64,000 bases of DNA, from assembly GCA_963703295.1 (NCBI GenBank), contig OY969810.1, positions 1,232,001 to 1,296,000 on the forward strand. The letters are read 5' to 3'. Source of the stretch: Bryobacterales bacterium (GTDB lineage: Bacteria > Acidobacteriota > Terriglobia > Bryobacterales > Bryobacteraceae). The notes under the pieces were generated by a model that was not told the origin of the DNA, did not search any database, and was given only the letters and a program-made list of their open reading frames with translations. How positions within the stretch are numbered: position 1 is the first letter of the stretch; each line of letters starts with the position of its first letter. Of the stretch, positions 48,058-56,287 are shown in pieces. Made by a program: the position numbers and the translations under genes.

Positions 48058-48498
48058 ATGAAATCGCTGCTGATCGCGCTCGCAAGCGTGGGCATTGTTC
48101 TTGCAGCTCCCGTCACCAAGACGTGGGAGAACCTTGGCAAGCTTGATCCTGGCACCCCGATTGAGGTCGCCACCAGCGACCGCGCTGAAAAGGGAGAATT
48201 CGTCTCGAGTTCCACCGAGAGCCTGACCATCCACACGCGTAGCGGTGAACAGAGATTTCTCCGGAAGGAAGTCGTGCGAGTCGTTTCCCGCAGGCAATCC
48301 CGCCGAATGCGCAATGTTCTAATCGGAGTGGGTGTGGGCGCTGCTATTGGCCTGGTCACTGACCAGACCCTCGGGGCGTATCTGCGCAACGAGTCGAACC
48401 CGGCCAGCGCACGTCCTCTGATCTGGACCCTTCCGATGGCCCTCTGCGGCGGAATCGGCGCTGCGTTTCCGAGCCATCGCGTGATCTACCGGAAATAG
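48058..48498 (+). CDS. Hypothetical secreted/membrane protein with a C-terminal glycine-zipper segment
   Basis: Signal peptide MKSLLIALASVGIVLAAP and a glycine zipper (LIGVGVGAAIGLVTD). No family recognised. Confidence 0.5.
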   Translation: MKSLLIALASVGIVLAAPVTKTWENLGKLDPGTPIEVATSDRAEKGEFVSSSTESLTIHTRSGEQRFLRKEVVRVVSRRQSRRMRNVLIGVGVGAAIGLVTDQTLGAYLRNESNPASARPLIWTLPMALCGGIGAAFPSHRVIYRK

Positions 48499-48813
48499 GC
48501 GTTCAGAAGTAGTAGCCTTGAGGCCGACTCGGAACATTTCGGCTGCTTCGCTCAGCCTTGTTGGTATCTCATACTGCGCCCGTGCGTCCATCGTCGGCCG
48601 CCTCGCCGTCTCCGGCGTTCCCGACGTTATCAACTATGCGCAAGAGAAATCACACATCTCTACCGAAGGCTCACCTTACTGGCCTGCTCATAAGCGAATC
48701 CCGGAAAGCGGTTTAGCGTGATGAGCTGCAGCATGAAGGGGAAACCGGCAAAAGCACTGCACTATCGGTAGCAGATCGAGGGAAACGGGCGATTCGCATT
48801 TGGGAGTCAGTAG

Positions 48814-49746
48814 CTAGTTCTTCGCGATCGTAGAGACGGCGCGGATCGCATCGGCGACTACATCGGGCGCGTCGAATGGGATGGCGTGCCCGCTGTTCTC
48901 AAAGACGATCTGCTTGCCCCGAGTCGAGAGGCTCGCGAGTTCGGCCTGCATTCCATTCACCCATATGGCGCGCCACTTCGGGTCGGCGTCGCGGGCGCCG
49001 GTTAACACGATGAGGGGCTTGTCTCCGAAGTTACAGGCCCGCACCTGCGCAAAACTCTGATGCCAGGCTTCGCCCTCACGCAACATCGCCTTGAAAGAAT
49101 TGACCGTGTCGCGAAGGAAAAGGTATTCGTCCCAATCCGCGACCGAGAAGGATGCAGGGCGCTTCTCTTGTTGGCGGAGGCGCGTGCGGGTAATGCCGAA
49201 GCGGTGCAGGATCGGCAGAAACGGCTCCCACTTCTCGATGTCGGCGTTGGGATTGTCGTTGACGTGAAGGCGCGCGGTGACGTCGGGATGCGAGGATTCG
49301 ACGAGCACGACGGCCGCGACGTCTCCCGGGAACTTGCCGGCGAAGACACGAACGGGGAATCCGCCCGCCGACCATCCGACGAGTACATAGGGCGGCTTCA
49401 CGTCCGCGATCCGCAGCGCTTCGTGCAACTCGAGAGCAAGCTGCTCGCTGGTCCGCGGCAACGGGCCGGGCTCGCTCCAACCGAAACCGGCGCGGTCATA
49501 GGAGCAAACGCGTGTGAAGTGGGATACGGCTTGCTGGACGGGCGTCCAGATTTTGAAGATACCGGCCAGTGGCGCTTCGAGGATGGCTGTGGGCGCGCTT
49601 GCGCCCGTGCAGTATAGGTGAATCTTGTGTCCGTTGACCGGAACGAGGGAGCCGCGGACGGGAAAGTTTGCGCCGGAAGCAGCCAGAGCGGCGGAGATGG
49701 AGAGAGCCGCGAGCGGGAAAGCGCGCCGGAATCTGACGTGTCGCAT
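48814..49746 (-). CDS. Alpha/beta hydrolase (secreted)
   Basis: 310 aa. Signal peptide, the nucleophile elbow GWSAGG, and a C-terminal SGHAIPFD His motif. Confidence 0.85.
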   Translation of the reverse strand: MRHVRFRRAFPLAALSISAALAASGANFPVRGSLVPVNGHKIHLYCTGASAPTAILEAPLAGIFKIWTPVQQAVSHFTRVCSYDRAGFGWSEPGPLPRTSEQLALELHEALRIADVKPPYVLVGWSAGGFPVRVFAGKFPGDVAAVVLVESSHPDVTARLHVNDNPNADIEKWEPFLPILHRFGITRTRLRQQEKRPASFSVADWDEYLFLRDTVNSFKAMLREGEAWHQSFAQVRACNFGDKPLIVLTGARDADPKWRAIWVNGMQAELASLSTRGKQIVFENSGHAIPFDAPDVVADAIRAVSTIAKN

Positions 49747-49897
49747 CTTATCGGCTAGTCTAACGAAATCGCGCGGGGGTGTAGCGCGGCTATTCGCTCC
49801 GCGCTGGGAACGGAAAGGTGCTGGATCAAGCCACGCGGCGATCCACCGAGGAGCAGCCCTTCGAACTACCTTTTCAGTGAATCACTCACAAATTTCC

Positions 49898-49927
49898 CCG
49901 GCGAGGCAAACAATTTTGCCTCGTCGG
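49898..49927 (-). terminator. Possible terminator hairpin downstream of the NHL-repeat gene
   Basis: 13-bp stem ccggcgaggcaaa / tttgcctcgtcgg (one G-U pair), 4-nt loop. It lies 22 nt past the stop at 49949. The U-tract on the minus strand is weak (GGAAAUUUGUG). Confidence 0.35.
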
Positions 49928-49948
49928 TAAATCTGTTTGTGCTTGTCA

Positions 49949-52702
49949 CTATCTGGAGATGGTTATTAGGGGCGCGTTTCCGGCAATCCCACCGATTTTT
50001 ACAACCACCGGCTGGTCTCCGGCGGCCACGTCCGGCACACGAATGGTGGCTTGGCCGAATCCAGCGAAACCGGGCGTCATGCCCAGGAAAAGAATTTCGG
50101 CGCTCTGCCCGCCGACCGTGACGGTGTAAGGTAAGGCCGGTCGGGATAGCGGCGTCGCGGGAGTCTGTGCGCCGCTTGCGATGGCATTGTCCAAGGCGCC
50201 TTCGCCGGTCAGGTAGATTGTCATTATGCTTCCCACTTTTGCCGCGTTCGCCGCCGTGTTGAGTGAGTTGTCCTCATTTTGCGCGACAGCTCGATTCGCG
50301 CCAAACGTGAAGACGCCGGGGCCAGCCGCCGCCACATTGAAATTGAGGGTGCTGGTTTGGCCGTGTCCGGTAATTGTCAGCGCCGCCGGTCCCTGCGCGG
50401 CCTCGAACGGGAGTTGGGCGTTGATCTGATTCGCATTGGCGAAGATTAGCGGCACAGGAACTCCATTTATAGTTCCCGCCAGGTCGCCGAACGCAACGGG
50501 GAGCGGGAATCCGGCGGCGTCGAACTCGGTTGCCGCGAAATTGACGCCGAAGATTGAGATCAGCGATCCTGGCGCCACGACCTTGCTAAATGTAGCCGCA
50601 TTCACGAGCGCGGTCACTAACGATCCAGTTGGCGCCGACATCTTAAAAACACGCTGTCCGTCGGAAAACAAGAGATTTCCTTGTGCGTCTCGCGCTAGTC
50701 CAATCGGGAAATCGAGTAAGGTATTCGCCGCGGTTCCGCCCTCCGCGCCGGGCGCCGCAGCGCCGCCGCCGATGGTGTGCAGCATGCCGTCCGTCGAGAT
50801 CTCCTGGATGAGTCCGGTAGCATCGTCCGCAAAAAACACATTGCCGGCCACGTCCACTGCGACCGAGTTAGGATCGCCCAAAGAAACGCCTGACGCCAAT
50901 ACCCCATCGCCGCTGTTTCCAGCCTTGCCGTTGCCCGCGATGGTGGTGATCACGCCGGCCGAAGTTACTTTGCGCACCGCGCTGTTGCCGCTGTCGGCGA
51001 TGAATACGTTATTCTGAGCGTCCACCGCGAGCCCATAAGGGGCCGAAAGCATCGCGCTCTTTGCCGATCCGCCATCGCCGGTGTATCCGGCCTTCCGGTT
51101 GCCCGCGATGGTGGTGATTACTCCTTGAGCTACCCGGCGGACGAGATTGTTGCCCGTATCGGCGATTAGAAGATTGCCAGCGGAATCGATCGCCACGCCG
51201 GCCGGCGAATTCAGTTGAGCGGAAGTAGCAGCCCCGCCGTCGCCACTCGAGCCGGCTGTGCCAGTCCCCGCGACAGTACTGATGATTCCCGCCGCAGTCA
51301 CTTTCCGCACACGATGATTCACCGTATCGGCGATATAGACGTTGCCCGCGGAATCCACGGCCGCGCCGCTGGGCTGATTGAGCGAGGCCGCCGTGGCGGC
51401 GCCGTTGTCGCCCGCGAAGCCCGCTACGCCGTTGCCGGCAATGGTCGAGACAATTCCGCTGGGCGTGATCTTCCGGACTCGGTAGTTTCCGAGGTCGCAC
51501 ACATAGGTGTTGCCCGCCGCATCGACCGCCACGCCGGACGGAAAGTAGAAAGTCGCGGCCAAGGCCTGCCCGCCGTCCCCGGAGAATCGCCGCACCCCGG
51601 CGAAGGTCGATATCACGCCGCTGGGGACAATTTTTCGAATTACGCCGGAATTAAACTCTACGACATAGAAGTTTCCCGAAGCGTCGAATGTGATGGCGGC
51701 GGGACTGTTCAGAGTAGCGGCCGAAGCCTGGCCGCCATCGCCGTCCGAGCCGGCTTGGCCGCTGCCCGCGAAGGCGTTTATCTTGCCGTCCGCCGTAACC
51801 TTGCGAATCCGGTTCGCAGTATTGTCGCTCAGATAAAGCGAGCCCGATTGGTCAAACGCGATGTCGATTGCGTTCACCGAAGCCGAGGTCGCCAAACCCC
51901 CATCGCCGGCGCTGCCCGAAACGCCGTTTCCCGCGAATGTCGAAATCTTGCCGTCGGTCCCGATTTTTCTCACGCCTTGGACTGTAGCGACATAGAGATT
52001 GCCCGCCGCGTCGAAGGCCAAACCCCGTGGAGCGTACAAGCGAGCGCTCGTCGCCGGTCCGCCATCTCCGGTCGTCCCCGCAACTCCCGTGCCTGCGATG
52101 GTAGATATGACGCCGCCGGCCGTAACTCTGCGAACCACGTGATTGACGAAATCGGAAAAGTAGAGATTGCCTTGCGAATCGAAGATCATGCCCCGGCTGC
52201 GGCCTAACTTGGCGGCGGTAGCGGGCCCGCCGTCTGCTGAGGTGGCGGAACCTCCGCCCGCGACCCGCGCGATGGAACCATCCTGATTGATGCGAAAGAT
52301 GGTCGCAATCTGGGGCGCAACGGTCGTCTCCGATACAAAGTAGAGCAAGCCGGCGGGACTAACAGCGATCGCGCGTACCGCTCCAATGCCGGTTTCGAGC
52401 GCCGGTGAACCTTCCGCGGGCGGGCTGGGAGCGCCGTTTCCCGCGAACGTCGCAATCGTCCCGTCCGGCGAGATTTTTCTGATCCGAAAATTCGACAGAT
52501 CCGAGACATACATATTTCCGGCGCTGTCAAATCGCGCGAACTCAGGTTGCACGAGACCGGCCGATGTGGCGGGCCCGCCATCGCCGAGCGTATAAGCTCC
52601 CACGAGGGCGTCAATACGATAGACCGGAATGGCATCTGCTCGAAGAAAGTAAGAAGGCGCCCCCAAAGCCAGGGCGTAGGTCAAAAGACGCAGGGGTTGC
52701 AT
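49949..52702 (-). CDS. NHL-repeat surface protein with Solibacter-type C-terminal domain (TIGR03437-like)
   Basis: 917 aa. Signal peptide, then about a dozen repeats of the form GDGGPATSA.L..P.G.A.D..GNLY.AD..N..IRK, then a C-terminal domain (VNAATF...APGSLISIFG...LNFNVAAAGPGVFTF...QATIRVP). Confidence 0.9.
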   Translation of the reverse strand: MQPLRLLTYALALGAPSYFLRADAIPVYRIDALVGAYTLGDGGPATSAGLVQPEFARFDSAGNMYVSDLSNFRIRKISPDGTIATFAGNGAPSPPAEGSPALETGIGAVRAIAVSPAGLLYFVSETTVAPQIATIFRINQDGSIARVAGGGSATSADGGPATAAKLGRSRGMIFDSQGNLYFSDFVNHVVRRVTAGGVISTIAGTGVAGTTGDGGPATSARLYAPRGLAFDAAGNLYVATVQGVRKIGTDGKISTFAGNGVSGSAGDGGLATSASVNAIDIAFDQSGSLYLSDNTANRIRKVTADGKINAFAGSGQAGSDGDGGQASAATLNSPAAITFDASGNFYVVEFNSGVIRKIVPSGVISTFAGVRRFSGDGGQALAATFYFPSGVAVDAAGNTYVCDLGNYRVRKITPSGIVSTIAGNGVAGFAGDNGAATAASLNQPSGAAVDSAGNVYIADTVNHRVRKVTAAGIISTVAGTGTAGSSGDGGAATSAQLNSPAGVAIDSAGNLLIADTGNNLVRRVAQGVITTIAGNRKAGYTGDGGSAKSAMLSAPYGLAVDAQNNVFIADSGNSAVRKVTSAGVITTIAGNGKAGNSGDGVLASGVSLGDPNSVAVDVAGNVFFADDATGLIQEISTDGMLHTIGGGAAAPGAEGGTAANTLLDFPIGLARDAQGNLLFSDGQRVFKMSAPTGSLVTALVNAATFSKVVAPGSLISIFGVNFAATEFDAAGFPLPVAFGDLAGTINGVPVPLIFANANQINAQLPFEAAQGPAALTITGHGQTSTLNFNVAAAGPGVFTFGANRAVAQNEDNSLNTAANAAKVGSIMTIYLTGEGALDNAIASGAQTPATPLSRPALPYTVTVGGQSAEILFLGMTPGFAGFGQATIRVPDVAAGDQPVVVKIGGIAGNAPLITISR

Positions 52703-52729
52703 TTCGATCTCGATCTCCTCTTTTGTCTC

Positions 52730-55528
52730 TTACTTAATTGCGATGGTGATGCCGGACTGACTCGACGCGCCGCCGATTAAAAGCGCCAGCGGCACCGCAT
52801 CTCCTGTGGGTGCGTCACCGGGTATTTGAAAATTCACCTGCATCACACCGGCCACGAAACCGGGCGCGGCGCCCGCATAGGCAGGAGGAACGGTTGTTGC
52901 GCCCAGTTGGATTGACGCGGCCTGTACCGGGGCCGGAAAGGGAGCAGCGGCGATTCTTCCATCTATGCCCGCGGGGTTTGTCTGGCCTTCTCCGGTCGCG
53001 TAGAAGTAAACGAAGCTGCCGCGCGCCGCGGGATTCGCAGGCGTGTTTAATGTCGCGTCCTCATTCACCAGAACGGCCTGTCCTTTGCCGCTGGAGTTAT
53101 AGCTGAAGATTCCGGGGACGGCGGACGCCACCGGCATGGTCACGCTGTTCGTCGTCTTTCCAAGATATTCAACCTGCACCTGAGTGCTGGTCTTGCCGGC
53201 GAGCGCATAAGGCGCGATGACGTTGACTTGATTGGCTATGGTGAAAGCGATCGGCCCCGGCTGGCCGTCAAACAGCACTCGCGTATCTCCAACGGCCGTA
53301 TCGACCCTTCCATCCGCCGTCAGATGCGAGGAGACGCCGGCGGCCGGACCGAAATCTTTGCCGTAGATCGTGATTATTTCGCCCGGCGCTATGGCCCCGC
53401 TGAGATTGGTCGCGCTGTTGACGATGCCCGCGGCGGTGATTTGCGCGGGTGTCAGCACGCGAACCCGGTTGTTCAGGCTGTCGCCGACATAGATCAATCC
53501 CGACGAATCGACGGCGACGCCTTCGGGCTGATTGAGCTGCGCAGATGCAGCGGGTCCTCCGTCTCCCGCGAAACCAGCGACGCCTGTTCCCGCGATGGTG
53601 GCAATTGTGCCATCGACCGCAACCTTTCGAATGCGCCCCCCTCCGGTTTCCGCGATGAACATATTGCCGGACGAATCGAAGCAGACGGATTCGGGTTTGT
53701 TGAGTTGGGCTTTGGTGGCGGGTCCGCCGTCTCCGGAAAAGCCCCCGGAATTATTCGGCGTATCCGAGCCGGCGACTGTCGTTATGACTCCAGCGGAGTC
53801 CACCTTCCTAACACGATGATTGCCGGTGTCCGCGATATAGAGATTGCCTGATGTATCGAAAGCAATGCCGGAAGGCGTGTGTAGCTGGGCTTGGACAGCT
53901 GTGCCGCCATCCCCGGTGAACCCGCCGGCGTTATTCGTGGTAGATGCTCCGGCAATAGTCGTTATCACGCCGGCGGTGATTTTCCGAATGCGATGGTTAT
54001 TGGAATCGGCGATATAGATGTTGCCGGCGGCGTCGAGTTGGACGCCGGTGGGGAAGCTGAGAGTCGCGGCCGTTGCCGGTCCGCCGTCTCCGGCCGCGCC
54101 GCTGACGCCGGTGCCCGCCACCGTCGTGATGATGCCGGTACCCGCGGAGACCTTCCGGATTCGATTGTTTGCTGGGTCGGCAATATAGAGGTTGCCGGCA
54201 GCGTCGAACGCGGCGGTTAGCGTGTATCGGCCAAGGCGCGCCTTGGCCGCGGGTCCCCCGTCCCCGCTGGCCCCGGCCGCGCCATTACCGGCAAAGGTCG
54301 AGATGACGCCCGAGTTCGGGTCCATCACCCGGAGACGCGTGTCTTCCGGAATGTAGACCCGATGGGAACTGTCGATCGTTACCTGGCCGGTAAAATTGAA
54401 CTGCGCATCGCGGGCTTGCCCGCCGTCTCCGCCGGAACCTCCGCCCGCGACGGTAGTAATAACTCCTGCCGGAGTAATCTTGCGGATATCTCCGTTATTG
54501 AGATCGGCAACGTAAAGAGCGCCCGCACTGTCAAAGGCAAGTCCTACCGGGTCGCTCAGCGAGGCGGATGTCGCCAGACCGTTGTCACCGGAAAAATCGG
54601 CTGTGCCATTCCCAGCAAAGGTCGTAATGATCCCGGTCGATGCCGCCACTTTGCGGACGCGAGAATTGCCCGAATCAGCGATGTAGAGGTTACCCGCCTG
54701 GTCGAGCGCCACCGCAAATGGTGCGGCGAGTGCTGCGGCCGTAGCGGAGCCGTTATCCCCGGAATATCCGAATTGCCCGTTTCCGGCCACGGTGCTGATC
54801 ACGCCGCTGGGCAGTATCTTGCGAATCCTGTTGTGACTCCGGTCGGTGACATAGAGGGCGTCAGCGGAATCGAAAACCATCGCCCCCGGATTCTGGAACT
54901 GGGCGCTGGCAGCCTGGCCGCCGTCGCCATTGGCGGCGGTGGGCGAGCCGGTGGCGCCGGTACCCGCGAAAGTCGTAATGACACCGGTCGCGGCGGCGAT
55001 CTTGCGAATTCGATTATTGCTTTGGTCGGCGACGTAGAGATTGCTGGCGCTATCGACCGCGAGGCCGGATGGGCCGTTCAGCAGGGCGGCGCTGGCTGGA
55101 CCGTTATCGCCGCTGAATCCGGACGCGTCGGAACCCGCAATGGTGCTGATGGCGCCGGTTGCCGCAGTAACCTTGCGGATCTGGTTCCCCTGCGCCATAA
55201 ACAGGTTTCCGCCGGCGTCGAAGGCGAGGCCATTCGGGGAAACGATGGCAGCCGCGGTAGCGGCGCCGCCATCGCCGCTCGAAAGTTCGATACCAGACCC
55301 GGCCACTACGGCAAGAGTCCCGTTAGCGGAAATTTTGTAGATGCGGGTATAGTCCGGGAAATAAATCGAGCCGGATGCATCGCGGGCGACGGTGCGCGGA
55401 AAGACCGCGGCGCTGGTCGCCTGAATCCCGTCAGGCGCGGGCGCGCCCGCAAGGGTGCTGATGACATACTGTTGCGCGGATGCGGCCGCGCACAGACCGT
55501 ACGCAAGGAACAGCAACCGTCCCAACAT
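52730..55528 (-). CDS. NHL-repeat surface protein with Solibacter-type C-terminal domain (paralog of the downstream gene)
   Basis: The ORF extends to 55597. ATG at 55528 gives the signal peptide MLGRLLFLAYGLCAAASAQQ. It has the same repeat architecture and the same type of C-terminal domain (IVNSATNLSGAIAPGEIITIYG...PGIFSYN...MQVNFQIP). A 27-nt gap separates it from the next gene. Confidence 0.9.
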   Translation of the reverse strand: MLGRLLFLAYGLCAAASAQQYVISTLAGAPAPDGIQATSAAVFPRTVARDASGSIYFPDYTRIYKISANGTLAVVAGSGIELSSGDGGAATAAAIVSPNGLAFDAGGNLFMAQGNQIRKVTAATGAISTIAGSDASGFSGDNGPASAALLNGPSGLAVDSASNLYVADQSNNRIRKIAAATGVITTFAGTGATGSPTAANGDGGQAASAQFQNPGAMVFDSADALYVTDRSHNRIRKILPSGVISTVAGNGQFGYSGDNGSATAAALAAPFAVALDQAGNLYIADSGNSRVRKVAASTGIITTFAGNGTADFSGDNGLATSASLSDPVGLAFDSAGALYVADLNNGDIRKITPAGVITTVAGGGSGGDGGQARDAQFNFTGQVTIDSSHRVYIPEDTRLRVMDPNSGVISTFAGNGAAGASGDGGPAAKARLGRYTLTAAFDAAGNLYIADPANNRIRKVSAGTGIITTVAGTGVSGAAGDGGPATAATLSFPTGVQLDAAGNIYIADSNNHRIRKITAGVITTIAGASTTNNAGGFTGDGGTAVQAQLHTPSGIAFDTSGNLYIADTGNHRVRKVDSAGVITTVAGSDTPNNSGGFSGDGGPATKAQLNKPESVCFDSSGNMFIAETGGGRIRKVAVDGTIATIAGTGVAGFAGDGGPAASAQLNQPEGVAVDSSGLIYVGDSLNNRVRVLTPAQITAAGIVNSATNLSGAIAPGEIITIYGKDFGPAAGVSSHLTADGRVDTAVGDTRVLFDGQPGPIAFTIANQVNVIAPYALAGKTSTQVQVEYLGKTTNSVTMPVASAVPGIFSYNSSGKGQAVLVNEDATLNTPANPAARGSFVYFYATGEGQTNPAGIDGRIAAAPFPAPVQAASIQLGATTVPPAYAGAAPGFVAGVMQVNFQIPGDAPTGDAVPLALLIGGASSQSGITIAIK

Positions 55529-55735
55529 TCCGGCCTGGATTCGATTCCATGGAAAGAAGCCAAACACGTTATCCGTCAAATCTGTCTCCCGGGCCAATCG
55601 GCCGCGCGCCGGTTGCCGCTTCGTTCGCCGATCAGCCCTACAAAGCTAAAGCGAGATTGGAAAGCAAATACCCAAGGAATTTTTTTTGCGGCGGTGGAAA
55701 GAGTTTTGCGAGCGGAATGCGATACACTGACGCCC

Positions 55736-56287
55736 ATGCCCGTGGCCTGCGCTCGATTTGAAAGTCTTCTCCGCGAGGTCTATCCCGAACTCCGCAGCAT
55801 GGCTGGATCTCTGGTGCGCAGGGAGCGGCCGGGGTACTCGCTGCAGAGAACCGAACTGGTACACGAGGCATTTCTGCGGCTGTTCGATACCGTTGACTTG
55901 CTTTCCGAGATGCCGCGCGAGGCCTTTCTGGCTATGGCCGCGCGGAAAATGCGCCATATTCTGATTGATTATTCCCGCCGTCAGAATGCTGAGCGGCACG
56001 GAGGCCGATTGGTTCGTGTGCCGCTGTTTGAGAGCGACCACATGTGCGAAGGCGGCAGCGACGAACTCATCGCGCTCGATTGCGCGATCGAACGTCTGCT
56101 GGAATCCGACGAACGGGCGGCCGCGGTAGTCGAGCTGAAGTTTTTTGCCGGTTTTACGACCGAGGAAATCGCCGCGATTCTCGGAGTCAGTGATGGGACC
56201 GTGGAATCGGACTGGGCTCACGCCAGGGCATGGCTCTATCGCGAGTTGACCAAGAAACGTCCCCTTCACAATTTGTCCGGCTTATGA
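55736..56287 (+). CDS. ECF sigma factor of the PF07638/TIGR02999 type (kinase-associated ECF group)
   Basis: Contains RRERPGYSLQRTELVHEAFLRLFD, AARKMRHILIDYSRRQNAERHGG and a region 4 HTH (VVELKFFAGFTTEEIAAILGVSDGTVESDWAHARAWL). It occupies the 3' end of long ORF 54362..56287; first in-frame ATG with sigma similarity is 55736. Confidence 0.85.
   Translation: MPVACARFESLLREVYPELRSMAGSLVRRERPGYSLQRTELVHEAFLRLFDTVDLLSEMPREAFLAMAARKMRHILIDYSRRQNAERHGGRLVRVPLFESDHMCEGGSDELIALDCAIERLLESDERAAAVVELKFFAGFTTEEIAAILGVSDGTVESDWAHARAWLYRELTKKRPLHNLSGL

Noticed and set aside
45925-49800. Search for a direct repeat of the tRNA-Phe 3' end (attR) to delimit the island.
   Set aside because: No copy of the ggttcgattccgtccctggcc segment was found by eye in the window, so no island boundary is claimed.
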